Below are positions 48,008 to 59,431 of a stretch of 64,000 nucleotides of DNA, piece after piece (the stretch's first letter is position 1; each line of letters starts with the position of its first letter). Under the pieces are notes generated by a model. The model was not told where the DNA came from and made no database searches. It saw only the letters and a program-made list of their open reading frames with translations. The stretch comes from a virus: positions 158-64,157 of the IMG/VR virus record IMGVR_UViG_3300008253_000110; one strand, written 5' to 3'. The position numbers were made by a program, and so were the translations under genes.

Positions 48008-51000
48008 ACTTGAGCTGCAATAATTCTTAAATCTTTACATGTAGGAACTCTAGATGTATTAGTCGATTTAGATACTATTTTAATAGCGAATATAGAAAAA
48101 TTAGAAGCTACTTCTATGTTATACTCAACTTCTTCATATTCACCTGAGTCAGAAACTGATATATCCAGAAGTGGTGATGCTTTAATCCAGTTCTGTAAAT
48201 CTATCTTATCAGCTTCAAGATGTGTACGGTAATAAACTTCAATATCTGTAAAGGAAGGTCTGTTAACATCTAAATACATTCTAATAGTGTCTGATTCTGC
48301 TTTTAATTTAATATTTTTTGTAACATATTTAGCTAGTGCTTCACCATTTTTAGGATCTGTTTCAGGGAAAATAGAATTAGTTCCAGGTGAATTAATTCTA
48401 TTTTGTATAGCAGTAACTGAACATCTTTCTAAATCTATTATCGGTGATATATAATCTTTATCAGATGATAAAATTACTTTAAGGGCAACATTTGCAAAGT
48501 CTGAATCTGTAATACCGTTTCCTCTACGACCTATCATCATTTGAGATGGTAATGTAACATTCTCATTAGGTACTATAGGAAATGTTACATTAGCAGCTGG
48601 ATATGGTTGACCAATATCAGCTGCAGATGAGCCCTTATAAGTACTCATCCCCCATTGTATATTAGTTGATGAGAATTTTAAAAATTGTAGATTAGGATGA
48701 ATAACATTATATAATATATTTTCAGATATATATACATCTCCACCACCACCAAGATCTGTGGCCAAGGCTGTCTGGGAAACACCACTGTTATCCATTATCG
48801 ATACCCTAAATGAATCTTGATCTGCTATATATACCTCTTGTGGTGCTGGTGCACCGAGGGGAGTAACTTTATTAATATTAGCAACATCTATTCCTCCAAT
48901 TTTCCCAGACGCATCACCAGTTACACCTTTTATAATAACCCAAGTTTTATTCGATGATGATGAACTAAGAAACCCATGATTTTTGTGATGTACTGTAATC
49001 CAATTTTCACCCTGTATAGTAGTAATAGGATTATTATATAATCTTGTATTAGGACTAGAAATATCAGTAGTCTTAAGATTAACAGATGCCAATGGACTAA
49101 ATTTAGCTCTATTAAGTGTAAATTTTAAATCCTTATTCTGATCAGGTGTCCAGGTAGAAGCATTTTGTGATGTAAATAATACACCTGCATAAGGTTGTTT
49201 AGATATACGTTTCTGGGTACCTATATCCTCACCTCCTATAGAAGCATAATAGCATTCATAGTCAATTGAGTTAGCCATTACAATAAAACAATATTCCACA
49301 CCTGATTGAAGATATACAGGAGAACTAAATTCAAATTTAGTTCCCGCAGTTCCAGTTCCAGATTCAGTGACTGAATCAACTGACGGCTGAAGAGTTACAT
49401 TTGAAAATGGTATAATATTTTGAGTAGGTATTCCCTGATTCATCTCTCTAATCTGAAGTGTAACAGGAATAGTATCTGATTTAGTCTTAAAATAAAGATC
49501 TATTGAAGTAAGAAATAATCCTTCAGGGTATTGGTCAGTATCAATAAGGAAGGATTGTGCTAAAGGATCCCACCATCTTGTTCTTGTTCTTCTAGATGTG
49601 GATACTACTACTCTATCATCAGCAACTTCTCTTTGTTCAATTTCAGTAAGTCTTGTTGAAATAGTAACATTTTCTTTTGTTTCTAATAAACCTCTTGCTG
49701 TATACATAGTAGCAGCAAAAGTAGTTTCTACTGAGGTTGCATCATCAGGGTCTTTATCTGTTAATTTAAATCTTCTAGTTCCAGCTTTAAATCTTACAGA
49801 GTCCGTATTTGGGAGCCAGAATGAACCTGTAAGATTTCCAGAGGCATCTGTTATTAGTTCTATAAATGAAGCATCAGATGCTGTAACCTTATTATTATGC
49901 TCTGCAGCTTTTTGTGGATGCTCTAATTCACCATTTCCTGATGTAAAATCAGCTCCATAATTTGACACCATATCAGTCATAATCTCGTCATCGGAATCCG
50001 TATAAGATATATATTCCTGATCTTTAATAGTCCAATTAGATATATTCTTATTATCAAAATAAGCATACATTTTAGTATTAGGTTTTAGTCTAGAAGCATT
50101 AAATGATACTCTGCGTGATCTAGCAAATGGTGCGAAATTAACCTCTACTACTCTTTCACCTATATTAGTTGTCATAGTACCAGGAACAACAGCAGTTTCA
50201 ATTCCTGTTCTGGATTGTTTCTGTGTTGTTTCAGTTTCTGTAGTAGTTGATTGCCAATTACGTCCAGAACCAGATACCCATGAAGTAGAAGTAGACCCTG
50301 TCCAATTTGTCTGCCATGAATTCCAAACTGTACCTAAAGCATCTGTAGCATCTAATATACCCATTAATGCATCATAGATACCAGTTTGGTTAATAACTAA
50401 TGTTGGTCTATTAATAGTATCTTTCCATTGATCTGATGAAGGTGATAGTGTAATTTCACCAACCCAATCAAATATATCGTAAGGATTAACATTAATAGAA
50501 CCTGAGGCTTTATCCTGATCAAATAGAACTTCTTCCGCCCAAGGTAATGTAACAAGATCTCCTGTTTTAGTACCGTTAGGGTATGTTGTAGTGGCGACCG
50601 TGTCAACCCCATATTTTAAAGCTACATTCTTTTCAACAAATAAAGGTCTAAGTGTATGATTTACTCTATCTATAGCTGCTCTATATTCCGGTGATAATAC
50701 ATTACCTGATTTATGTGTATTAAAGGAATCAACTAAGAAACCTGATTTTACTCGTCTTAATCCAGTTGCATCATAAACGTCTTTATTAACAGCTTCTGAT
50801 TCTAATAAAGATAATGCTGTATAATATTCTAATGAGTTAATACGTTTCTCTAGAGAGCCTATATCCCTCATAGTATATCTACGATTATCTAATAACCTTA
50901 AATTAACATCATCAAGTGAAAAAGTATATGCAGGTATAGCAGCATGATAAAGAACCATAGATTCTTTCGGTGTATCTGGTAATTCAGGACTTAATGAAGA

Positions 51001-53883
51001 TACACCTTGTGTTACCCCAAAATTACCTGTTTTATCTAAATATATTTTATCTAGTCTAGAAGTATAATATCTTATATTAGTAGAAAAAACAGATTCAGGT
51101 AATGGACATATTGTTGGTGTATCACTTCCGATATCTGGTCTAAAATCTACACAATCTCTTAATTGAAGTCTAGCTGAATCGGTTGCTGAATCAAAGGATG
51201 GTATATTGTCATAGCTAGAAACCGAACTACCGTCCCAGTAAGAGTCAACGGAGGAAAAGTATTTTCCAGAAGCAGGTGTCCGACCTACCCAAACATTATA
51301 TTCTACTACTATTATGTTTGTTGGTATGAAATTAGAATTTCTTTTTAGATTTACATAACAATTATCATAATAAGAATCTGTCTGTCCATCATTAAATTCA
51401 TAATGTTCAGTAACGTCTTCCCAATATGTAGTATTCGGTGGGGTAATACCTTTGGAATCAACATGTATAGAGTGGTACACGTTAGTTAAAGAATGGCCAT
51501 ATGGTTTTGAGAGACCTAAAGTTGCAGGAACATCAGATGACCCCCAAGATCCAAAAGAGTCAAGTTGAGCAGTGGAACTCGCACTAATTGTGCTTATGTG
51601 ACCTCCGGTGGTACCATCTGAAAGACTATTAACATCCACTCTTGTTATTACGGAGTAAGACCGATCGGTTATTCCGTCCGGTTCGTGTTCCGCCAAATTG
51701 GTATGCCATACATCTAATATTGAATTATCATTTCCTCCAGTACCAGAAACTAACCAACCGTCAGGGTCAGAAGCACTATAATTCTGATCGTCAAAATATA
51801 GCACAGTACCGTCGTACTCATCAACAAGCACAAAGTAACTCATCCACAATGGGTTGAAGGTTACACCTGTAGGTAGACCCTGAAATCGTAAAGACACCAA
51901 AGTATTACTGCCTGTTCCTGTAGACTGAGGATTTGCCGTTAGTTTCATAAGAGAACTATAACTAGAACCAAAGAAAGGAGTTGCTACAGTACCAGTATCA
52001 CAACTTTTTATAGCATTATAGGGTAATTTGAATACTAAGGACTTTTTCTGAGGATCCTCAAGAACTGCCTTTGGTGTCGCTCCTGTTGTCGCTCCTGTTA
52101 AAATAAAATTAGCAGTAAAATCATGAGATGCATCAGTTCCTGTATAATTAAGCTCACAAGATTTTGCGTCTGAAAATGGTGCAATCCCTCCAGAAGGAAG
52201 TGTAAGATGGTCTACAACAATACCAGATGCTGGAAAGGTTATCGTAGTATTACTCTGAAAAAATGAATAGGCAGCTGAATTAAAAATACAGGCTGTATTA
52301 TTGCTCTTAAAACTACCATCAGCTGACGGGTTATTTTGTGTAAAAATTAATTTTTTAGTATCAGCATTATATGATACCACAACAGCTTTAACAGTATAAG
52401 CCCCCTCAGCATGTGAAATATTCAATTCAAATTCTTCACCACGGTGAAGTATACCAAAGAGTGCATTAGATTGTGTTGCAGACATGGTTGAGTCTAATGT
52501 AATGGACATTTGATTTAAATCAACATCAAACAACCATACACGGTAGTCTGTCGCGTTTAATTGTCTAATAGATCTTACACGAGCCCATGCTATAATCGCA
52601 CCACTACTTTGATTAGCAACTACATCATCATATATGGATATCTGCTGAAAGGTTTGGATATCGGGTAACCCTGTTACATCTGTAATATCAATATAATTAC
52701 CAAAATTCATCTGTACTTGAGCATTTTCCTGGTCTTCTGTCGCTCGAGCTTTATCCAATTCCAATGTTTTAGTAGCTAATGTTTCTATCTCATAACCATG
52801 AACATAAGCTTTAGCAGGCTCTAATTCAATGTTAAATTTTTCATTATCAGAATTTTCAGTTATTTGAGCCATAAACGGTTTTACCGTATAATTACCCGAC
52901 TCATCATAAGTTCTTCTAGCTAATGTTTCTTCTATAATGGCATAATCAGTAGCTCTAACTTGTTTTGTAACTATTCCATTTTCTATTCTAACTAATAATA
53001 AAAAGTCATCTTCTGTACCATCAATATCAGAATTTAAAACAGTTTTAACTAAGCTTGTGGAAACCTTATATCTGTGTGCTCCGGGAGCATTCTCATTAGA
53101 AGATCCTGTGGCGTTATCGTTTAATGATTCATCCTCTAAAGATGTTGCAATTGATTCAGTTATTTGAAGACCTATATCAAAATTCGAGGTGTTATCAGTA
53201 GAAGAGAAAGGGGATATAACTACCTGATCTTGCTGTACAACAACAAAAAGGCTTTTAATAAAATATATACCTTGCTCTATAAATGCTAGAGTACCTGTCC
53301 CTATTGCATTAAGTTCTTCAATATTATTTGTAGTATCCTCTTCAATATCCGGTGATATTACTACTGTTTGAGTCACTAACGTAGAGACTATTATTTCTAG
53401 GTCTAAATTAGCACCAGTGGTATCAGAATATTCAAAAACTTGTCGCTGACCTCCTGTGTCAGTAGTGGCAGATTTTTGGTATTGTATATACAAAGTATAT
53501 ATGCTGTCTACTAGATCAACAGCTATAATTGTAGCAGTTAATACGTCTGACGTATTAGCAGGGTCAATAGATGAAATTGATTTTCCTATTATACTACTAA
53601 TATCAAAACCGGCCGGGAATGAATTAATAACTCTGACATAATCAACATCTTTAACAGAAACGTTACCAGGAATAACCATAGAACCATCTTTAAAAAGATG
53701 ATTACCTACCTGTGATACTTGGTTCTGGAGTGTAGATTGTATTTGAGTTAATTCCCTAGCTTGTACCGCATGAGCAGGCCTAAATAATATTCTATTATAT
53801 TTTTCTTTTGGTGAAAGCTCTCCAGTTGATGTAGGTGTTTCGAAATCATCAAAATATGGTGCTATATTAAACTTTACAGACAT
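48004..53883 (-). CDS. VrlC/DUF4815-like large virion structural protein (1959 aa)
   Basis: Motifs FNIAPYFDDF, RILFRP..AVQARELTQIQSTLQNQ, APGAHRYK, LARRTYDESGNY, RYTMRDIG.LEKRI..LEYYT.LSLLE, KSGF.VD.F and DPLAQSF. Confidence 0.88.
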   Translation of the reverse strand: MSVKFNIAPYFDDFETPTSTGELSPKEKYNRILFRPAHAVQARELTQIQSTLQNQVSQVGNHLFKDGSMVIPGNVSVKDVDYVRVINSFPAGFDISSIIGKSISSIDPANTSDVLTATIIAVDLVDSIYTLYIQYQKSATTDTGGQRQVFEYSDTTGANLDLEIIVSTLVTQTVVISPDIEEDTTNNIEELNAIGTGTLAFIEQGIYFIKSLFVVVQQDQVVISPFSSTDNTSNFDIGLQITESIATSLEDESLNDNATGSSNENAPGAHRYKVSTSLVKTVLNSDIDGTEDDFLLLVRIENGIVTKQVRATDYAIIEETLARRTYDESGNYTVKPFMAQITENSDNEKFNIELEPAKAYVHGYEIETLATKTLELDKARATEDQENAQVQMNFGNYIDITDVTGLPDIQTFQQISIYDDVVANQSSGAIIAWARVRSIRQLNATDYRVWLFDVDLNQMSITLDSTMSATQSNALFGILHRGEEFELNISHAEGAYTVKAVVVSYNADTKKLIFTQNNPSADGSFKSNNTACIFNSAAYSFFQSNTTITFPASGIVVDHLTLPSGGIAPFSDAKSCELNYTGTDASHDFTANFILTGATTGATPKAVLEDPQKKSLVFKLPYNAIKSCDTGTVATPFFGSSYSSLMKLTANPQSTGTGSNTLVSLRFQGLPTGVTFNPLWMSYFVLVDEYDGTVLYFDDQNYSASDPDGWLVSGTGGNDNSILDVWHTNLAEHEPDGITDRSYSVITRVDVNSLSDGTTGGHISTISASSTAQLDSFGSWGSSDVPATLGLSKPYGHSLTNVYHSIHVDSKGITPPNTTYWEDVTEHYEFNDGQTDSYYDNCYVNLKRNSNFIPTNIIVVEYNVWVGRTPASGKYFSSVDSYWDGSSVSSYDNIPSFDSATDSARLQLRDCVDFRPDIGSDTPTICPLPESVFSTNIRYYTSRLDKIYLDKTGNFGVTQGVSSLSPELPDTPKESMVLYHAAIPAYTFSLDDVNLRLLDNRRYTMRDIGSLEKRINSLEYYTALSLLESEAVNKDVYDATGLRRVKSGFLVDSFNTHKSGNVLSPEYRAAIDRVNHTLRPLFVEKNVALKYGVDTVATTTYPNGTKTGDLVTLPWAEEVLFDQDKASGSINVNPYDIFDWVGEITLSPSSDQWKDTINRPTLVINQTGIYDALMGILDATDALGTVWNSWQTNWTGSTSTSWVSGSGRNWQSTTTETETTQKQSRTGIETAVVPGTMTTNIGERVVEVNFAPFARSRRVSFNASRLKPNTKMYAYFDNKNISNWTIKDQEYISYTDSDDEIMTDMVSNYGADFTSGNGELEHPQKAAEHNNKVTASDASFIELITDASGNLTGSFWLPNTDSVRFKAGTRRFKLTDKDPDDATSVETTFAATMYTARGLLETKENVTISTRLTEIEQREVADDRVVVSTSRRTRTRWWDPLAQSFLIDTDQYPEGLFLTSIDLYFKTKSDTIPVTLQIREMNQGIPTQNIIPFSNVTLQPSVDSVTESGTGTAGTKFEFSSPVYLQSGVEYCFIVMANSIDYECYYASIGGEDIGTQKRISKQPYAGVLFTSQNASTWTPDQNKDLKFTLNRAKFSPLASVNLKTTDISSPNTRLYNNPITTIQGENWITVHHKNHGFLSSSSSNKTWVIIKGVTGDASGKIGGIDVANINKVTPLGAPAPQEVYIADQDSFRVSIMDNSGVSQTALATDLGGGGDVYISENILYNVIHPNLQFLKFSSTNIQWGMSTYKGSSAADIGQPYPAANVTFPIVPNENVTLPSQMMIGRRGNGITDSDFANVALKVILSSDKDYISPIIDLERCSVTAIQNRINSPGTNSIFPETDPKNGEALAKYVTKNIKLKAESDTIRMYLDVNRPSFTDIEVYYRTHLEADKIDLQNWIKASPLLDISVSDSGEYEEVEYNIEVASNFSIFAIKIVSKSTNTSRVPTCKDLRIIAAQV

Positions 53884-53895
53884 TAGATTTTCCTA

Positions 53896-55452
53896 TTATA
53901 TTTCTAGTACTAAATTTATCGTTTCTGTTTGTGTTTCCGATCTATTAACAGGTGTTCTATTATCTAGAAATATTATATCACCTGAAAACCTTTTAACATC
54001 ATCGTACAGATGATTAGCTTTCTCATCACCATCATAAGTACTCGGTGGAGCAATAAAGGGTGTAGTACCAACAGGAGTAGTACCATAAGATTGATTTATA
54101 CCGGGTAGTCTTACAGAAGTACCATAAGGATGTGTCGATCCATATAATATAGGTGAAAATCCTGTTAAGTCATTCTGATGATATTTTATATAGGCTGTAT
54201 GGGTAGTGGTACCACTAACAGTTTCAGAAATAGTAACTTTATCATCAATAATACCATAAACAATATCACCAGACCACGCTGATGGAGCTAATTGAAAGAA
54301 TTTTCCTGTTAACCAAGAATCAACATCAGATACATCATCAACCTGAAACTTCAGAGTTTTAGTCAATGCATAACTAGGTCCTTCTAGAAGAACATTAGCT
54401 GAATCAGTTGGATTTTTAATTAAACCAATTTGTCTAAATGAACCGTCCTCTGCTATAAAAGCATCACCTTCAGACATCATTAGTTGCGCAGACACTGAAA
54501 CGAAATGAGCTCTTAATTCATTTGTAGGATTGTAACCAAATCCACCTTCTGGACCAATAACAACTAATCCAACTGCATCTGTAACTAAAGCACCATCTTG
54601 GTAAACTTCTACATGAGCTTCGGTGTAACCACTTCCTGGATTAGTAACAGTAAATCCAGTAATAACTCCACCAACTGGACTTATGTTATCTAACACACAG
54701 CCAGACCCATCCCCAACTACCTTAGCAGTAATAATTCCTGTCAGATTCTCGCTACCACCACCTACGGCTACTTTAACATTATATATAGCACCATCTATAG
54801 CATCTGGATAGGTATTACCTCCATTCATTGTCCAAGCTTCACGGTTATTTTTAGTTTCTGTAGCAGTAGCACCAACTAGTGAGTCTATATCCGGAACTGG
54901 TATAAATGCAGATGAGACATACTTATAATATTTTTGTGGGATAGTATATAGTTGTTTCCATATATAACCATCAGTACATTTTCTAATTGTACCATCGGAA
55001 TGATGAATAGTCCCGTTTGTAGGAGATATAGAACTTGTTGAAGCACCAGGAACTAAACACATCCATACAGTATAGTTATCATCCATAGCATAATATGGGT
55101 TATCAGTTTTAAACTCTAATTGCTCATCCCTATCATCGTATTCTGAAAAATTTTGACCAGAAAAAAGATTATATCTCTTTGTTGCAAAAGCTACAGAGTG
55201 CGAGCTTGCAGTAACAGAAGTTGAAGGCTCAAGTTTTTTCATTGATAACATGTTATGCCAGACAGAATGTCGTGTTGCATAATGGTTATCATACAATGTT
55301 TCGACATCAGCAGCGGTATCTGCGCCGGCCTCTGTCCATGAATCAGATTTCCCTATAAATAAGTAATATTCATCACCAGTTGAATCTTGATGATTTTTAA
55401 TTATTTGTTTTGTTGTTTCTAATCTAAATTGACTAGTAATAATAGCGCTCAT
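53896..55452 (-). CDS. gp8: Baseplate wedge subunit, T4 gp8-like
   Basis: MSAIITSQFR, YY.FIGK..W, ML.MKK, VW.CL, DGY.WK.LY, RQIGLI.NP, SGDIIFLDNR.PV.RS..Q.E.I.LV. Confidence 0.88.
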   Translation of the reverse strand: MSAIITSQFRLETTKQIIKNHQDSTGDEYYLFIGKSDSWTEAGADTAADVETLYDNHYATRHSVWHNMLSMKKLEPSTSVTASSHSVAFATKRYNLFSGQNFSEYDDRDEQLEFKTDNPYYAMDDNYTVWMCLVPGASTSSISPTNGTIHHSDGTIRKCTDGYIWKQLYTIPQKYYKYVSSAFIPVPDIDSLVGATATETKNNREAWTMNGGNTYPDAIDGAIYNVKVAVGGGSENLTGIITAKVVGDGSGCVLDNISPVGGVITGFTVTNPGSGYTEAHVEVYQDGALVTDAVGLVVIGPEGGFGYNPTNELRAHFVSVSAQLMMSEGDAFIAEDGSFRQIGLIKNPTDSANVLLEGPSYALTKTLKFQVDDVSDVDSWLTGKFFQLAPSAWSGDIVYGIIDDKVTISETVSGTTTHTAYIKYHQNDLTGFSPILYGSTHPYGTSVRLPGINQSYGTTPVGTTPFIAPPSTYDGDEKANHLYDDVKRFSGDIIFLDNRTPVNRSETQTETINLVLEI

Positions 55453-55487
55453 CTTTGTTCCTTTTGTCTGTATGCTTTAATTAGTTA

Positions 55488-55495
55488 TATTTATA
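55488..55495 (-). promoter_or_regulatory. T4-type late promoter (TATAAATA)
   Basis: Exact intergenic match about 36 nt upstream of the gp8-like start. Confidence 0.65.
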
Positions 55496-55524
55496 TATAA
55501 TTCTAAAGATTAATATATATTTTA

Positions 55525-57132
55525 TTAGTTCCATGAAGTTTCAGTAGTTGAGCCATAACCACTCTCTCCAGGTACAAGTGGGATAGGATTCGCTTTAGAC
55601 CTAGGCCCATCGGCATTCCAAGCTAATGGTAGAGTTTCATCTGGCCAAATAATTGAATTCATATTAGAATTAGCTACACCTTTAGTATATTTAATATCCT
55701 TATAGCTTGTTAATGTCTCATCATCGTACAATCGATACGTTTGATAAGTATCTAATACATCTATAAATGTTACTGAATCCCAAGCTTTTACTCCACCAGT
55801 TAGTTTAAATTTCATTTTATCAAAATATCCGGCCGGACCCATTGTTGCAATGTGTTTGTCATCGTTTATCTCTAAATCAACCGAAATTCCTAAATAGAAA
55901 ATATCTTTATAACCTTGTAGTGACCAATCATTATGCCAGCCTGGATTATCAAATCTAAGCTTACGATCTTCGATAGACATAAACCCATGTATACCATTAT
56001 ATATGTCATGAAATTTTAATTTAGCATCTACTACTGGGAGCCAGAAATAGATAACTGGTTCACCTCGATCTAATGAGAACTGCAGCATTGGGAATGGAGA
56101 ATCTGCAGATTTATGTATTGATATTTTATTAAAAAATATAAACCCTGCAGTATGTATTAATCTATTAAAAGCATTATGCCATAATTTAGGATCTACTCCT
56201 GTTTGAATTTCATATGAAAATTGCTGATAATAGTAAGAATCCTGTATTTTTTTAGCTGTATCTGAAATGAACCCATCATTAGTAACTGAATATCCTCGTG
56301 GATAGAATCTTAGTTCACTGTTCGCCCATATATACTCATCAAACTTAAAATGCCATTCATTATATGAAGGAACTTTAAAATAGCCGAGATTAGGATCAAA
56401 CGGAAGTAAACCCCAGTTTATTTCACCTAGTGCTTCCATATCTTCCCATGTAATCTCTCTAAATGATGATTTTACTTCATGAAGAGAGATAGTAGGCTGC
56501 AATTCTGGTTTATAAGTATTGGCAGGACCAGAATTGGTTTCCATAGCAAACACAAATAACTTAGTAACTTCAATATTCTTTATTTCAGGTATTCTAACAA
56601 AATTTACTGAATCACCAGACATGCTGTTGTCATAGGTGGATTTATAACCATTTGCAGCAATTCCAATATATGATGGAGTTTTATTCTCTAGATTATCTAT
56701 ATCCAGATTATTCTTTATAAATTTTCCATCGGATGGTTTAAGCATGTCATCTTTAGGAAAATAGATCTGAGCACTATCATTATATAATACATTAAAAAAT
56801 GCAGTAATAGAATCTATAGTACCTCGCGATTTGTATAATTCTGTAAGATGTTTATATAAAAGACGTGAATCAGTAGCAAATTCTTTAGGTATAGATTGTC
56901 CAATCTCATTCTGTATATTACCTAAAAAATGGTCATCTAGATGATCTAAATCGCGATTATTAAGTATGTTGTTAATATAATATGTAGACTCATTCTCTAG
57001 TTCTAGAAACTCTAGATATTTTTTTAAAAATACCTCTAAATCTGGAGCATTAGATTTAATATACTGAGGTAGTACAGTAGATACTTCTGCAGATATATTA
57101 AATCGTGAATGATTAGAACCTATTCCGGCCAT
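55525..57132 (-). CDS. gp7: Baseplate wedge subunit, gp7-like (short, 535 aa)
   Basis: LP.YI....P....FL..Y.EFLE, Y.SRGT..SI..FF..LY and IQDSYYYQQFSYEI..H.AG; lies between gp6 and gp8. Confidence 0.72.
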   Translation of the reverse strand: MAGIGSNHSRFNISAEVSTVLPQYIKSNAPDLEVFLKKYLEFLELENESTYYINNILNNRDLDHLDDHFLGNIQNEIGQSIPKEFATDSRLLYKHLTELYKSRGTIDSITAFFNVLYNDSAQIYFPKDDMLKPSDGKFIKNNLDIDNLENKTPSYIGIAANGYKSTYDNSMSGDSVNFVRIPEIKNIEVTKLFVFAMETNSGPANTYKPELQPTISLHEVKSSFREITWEDMEALGEINWGLLPFDPNLGYFKVPSYNEWHFKFDEYIWANSELRFYPRGYSVTNDGFISDTAKKIQDSYYYQQFSYEIQTGVDPKLWHNAFNRLIHTAGFIFFNKISIHKSADSPFPMLQFSLDRGEPVIYFWLPVVDAKLKFHDIYNGIHGFMSIEDRKLRFDNPGWHNDWSLQGYKDIFYLGISVDLEINDDKHIATMGPAGYFDKMKFKLTGGVKAWDSVTFIDVLDTYQTYRLYDDETLTSYKDIKYTKGVANSNMNSIIWPDETLPLAWNADGPRSKANPIPLVPGESGYGSTTETSWN

Positions 57133-57134
57133 AA

Positions 57135-58988
57135 TTATCTCTCAGTTGAAGTGGTATTATAATTTATACCTGCAGTTGTACCACCGGTAATCATAGTATC
57201 AACCTCACCTACTATAGTAGTGTTATCTACTAAAATTGTTAGAAGTTCATTTCTAATAGGAGCTATATCATTTGAATTAGGTGGTACTGTAACTTCAATA
57301 TAATCAACTGTAGTATCTACAAGTGATGTGGGAAGAAACCCTTCTAATATTATTTTCCCATTAAATTCATCTATATATCCAATTGCGGGTTGTACCACAT
57401 CATACGTTAAATTAACTATATTAATAATACGAGTACCTGTATTATCTAGTACATCTTGTAGAGTACATTGTTGATTCTTATAAAAAAACTTTGTAGAGGT
57501 CATGATATTATCATTTGTATTAGTAGATTTAATAGGAGCTGAAAATACAAGCTCATATCTAGTTTCCGCTGAAAATACAGGAATAAACCTCTTTTTCATA
57601 TATACTCTAACTAATGAATTAATAATAGCTGAATCCGAATTATCAATATGTCCTAATACTGTGGAGTATCTAAACACACCGTCAAATCCTTTTAATGAAT
57701 TCTCTTGATATAAACTCAATGTGTCTTTAATCTTCTCTGATAATTCTATTACAGCCAAATTAGTTTTATTAGGATTGTATTTAAAGAATACTTCAAGATG
57801 AAGATAGGTATATGTAGGATCTACTATTATAGGAGTAATAGATACAACATTTTTTGGTTTAAGATATTGGGTTTTCAGTATCTCCTTATCTTGATAACTA
57901 AGCGCTTCAGTTTCTTTAGGTGCTATAGTAATATATACTTTACCATAATCTGGTGGATCATTATTCTCACCACCCCAAACATTAACAGCTCTAACATTTC
58001 CATAATTAGCATGTATTATTGATCTATAATCATCTGGTGTAACTGCTCTATTCTGTGTAATATAATTTAGAGGAGCATTAAACCTAATAGACTCTATATC
58101 TTCCCTTTCTGAACCACCGGATGCAGGAACTACTGTTGTAATACCAACACCCGCCATATTACCATCAATTGAATCCAATAATGCAAATACTTTAGCTCCA
58201 TTAGCGATATCGTTATTACCTCGCGAAATATACTTTATTTCAATTATATTTCCATCTGTTATTTTAGAACCTATATAACCATCACCAAAGGAGAGTTCAT
58301 AATCACCATTTTTGTTTTCCTGAATCCAAAAGGTATTACTGGAGGAGTCAAGATTTACTAAGTTAGAAGCTAAAGTATATGCAATTGTAGCTTCTGAACT
58401 CTGTAGAGGTATAACTTGTACAATTAAGGATGAAGTATCAACATTTTTATGGGGTATAATATATTTCTCTGGTGAATCTTCGTCATAAACATATTTTATA
58501 GTTTTATACTCTCCTTGTAGGATTTGTATATCCTTAAAGGTATATTGACCATCAGTAGAAGAAGAAGCAATAGTCTCATTAACTGAAAATATAATATTAG
58601 AGTCATTAACAACTGTTTTGAATCTTGTACCTTGACTCATAACTATGGAGTTATATGTACCATCATCATTAAGAACATTGGTCGGATTAGAAATCTCTAT
58701 ATCTATTGTTGCAGTTGAAGAGTAACAAGATCTTGGTGTATAGCCTAATAACTTAGCATGAGATACAACTGAACTTCTTAATTGTGCAGTATCTAGAAAA
58801 CACTCATTAACAGACATATTAGCATTAAATGCATTATAGTGAGTTGTATAAGCTAATACATCTAAAAGTGCATTAATAGTAGATCCGTCAAAGTTATAAT
58901 CAGTAAATTCTGACTGCCCTTTAAGGAAATCCTTTAGGTTATTCTTAATAGATTTGAAATCTAATTCTGAAACATTTAGATTTGACAT
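57135..58988 (-). CDS. gp6: Baseplate wedge subunit gp6
   Basis: LDF..IK.NLK.FLK.Q.EFTDYNFDGS, FLDTAQLRSSVVSHAK.LGY.PRS, L.FGDG..G, QNRAVT..DY and VWGGE.NDPP.YGKVYI. Confidence 0.95.
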   Translation of the reverse strand: MSNLNVSELDFKSIKNNLKDFLKGQSEFTDYNFDGSTINALLDVLAYTTHYNAFNANMSVNECFLDTAQLRSSVVSHAKLLGYTPRSCYSSTATIDIEISNPTNVLNDDGTYNSIVMSQGTRFKTVVNDSNIIFSVNETIASSSTDGQYTFKDIQILQGEYKTIKYVYDEDSPEKYIIPHKNVDTSSLIVQVIPLQSSEATIAYTLASNLVNLDSSSNTFWIQENKNGDYELSFGDGYIGSKITDGNIIEIKYISRGNNDIANGAKVFALLDSIDGNMAGVGITTVVPASGGSEREDIESIRFNAPLNYITQNRAVTPDDYRSIIHANYGNVRAVNVWGGENNDPPDYGKVYITIAPKETEALSYQDKEILKTQYLKPKNVVSITPIIVDPTYTYLHLEVFFKYNPNKTNLAVIELSEKIKDTLSLYQENSLKGFDGVFRYSTVLGHIDNSDSAIINSLVRVYMKKRFIPVFSAETRYELVFSAPIKSTNTNDNIMTSTKFFYKNQQCTLQDVLDNTGTRIINIVNLTYDVVQPAIGYIDEFNGKIILEGFLPTSLVDTTVDYIEVTVPPNSNDIAPIRNELLTILVDNTTIVGEVDTMITGGTTAGINYNTTSTER

Positions 58989-59389
58989 TAGCGTAATCTC
59001 TCTACAATAAATTCAACTGTGGTAGTGGTTTGTTCTGGTGACATTATATTAAATTCTAGTAATATCCGAAGGGCATTTCTTTCTGTAAGATCATTTATAT
59101 CTATAGATACAATTTCAATTCTTGGTTCATAATTTAAAAGAGATGATGTTATTCTCGATTTAATAGCGGCCGCTGTTATAGAATCATAATTCTCAAACAA
59201 ATAATCCCTTAAACTTCCACCAAAATTAGAATCAAATACTTTTTCACCTCTCGATGTCATTAATATATTAATAACAGATTGTTTTACAGCTTGCACATCC
59301 TTTTTAAGTGCAATATCACCTATGTTTGGTATTAATCTAAATCTTAGATCAATATCACTGTATGTATGTACTCTTGAACTTATTCCCAT
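58988..59389 (-). CDS. gp25: Baseplate wedge subunit gp25
   Basis: YSDIDL.F, AVKQSV.NIL.T..GE..F...FG and EPRI. Confidence 0.93.
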   Translation of the reverse strand: MGISSRVHTYSDIDLRFRLIPNIGDIALKKDVQAVKQSVINILMTSRGEKVFDSNFGGSLRDYLFENYDSITAAAIKSRITSSLLNYEPRIEIVSIDINDLTERNALRILLEFNIMSPEQTTTTVEFIVERLR

Positions 59390-59394
59390 ATCTT

Positions 59395-59402
59395 TATTTA
59401 TA
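59395..59402 (-). promoter_or_regulatory. T4-type late promoter (TATAAATA) just upstream of gp25
   Basis: Exact intergenic match 5 nt before the ATG, which would give a nearly leaderless transcript. Confidence 0.5.
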
Positions 59403-59431
59403 TCTTTATTAGTATTGTTAATTGCCCATGA

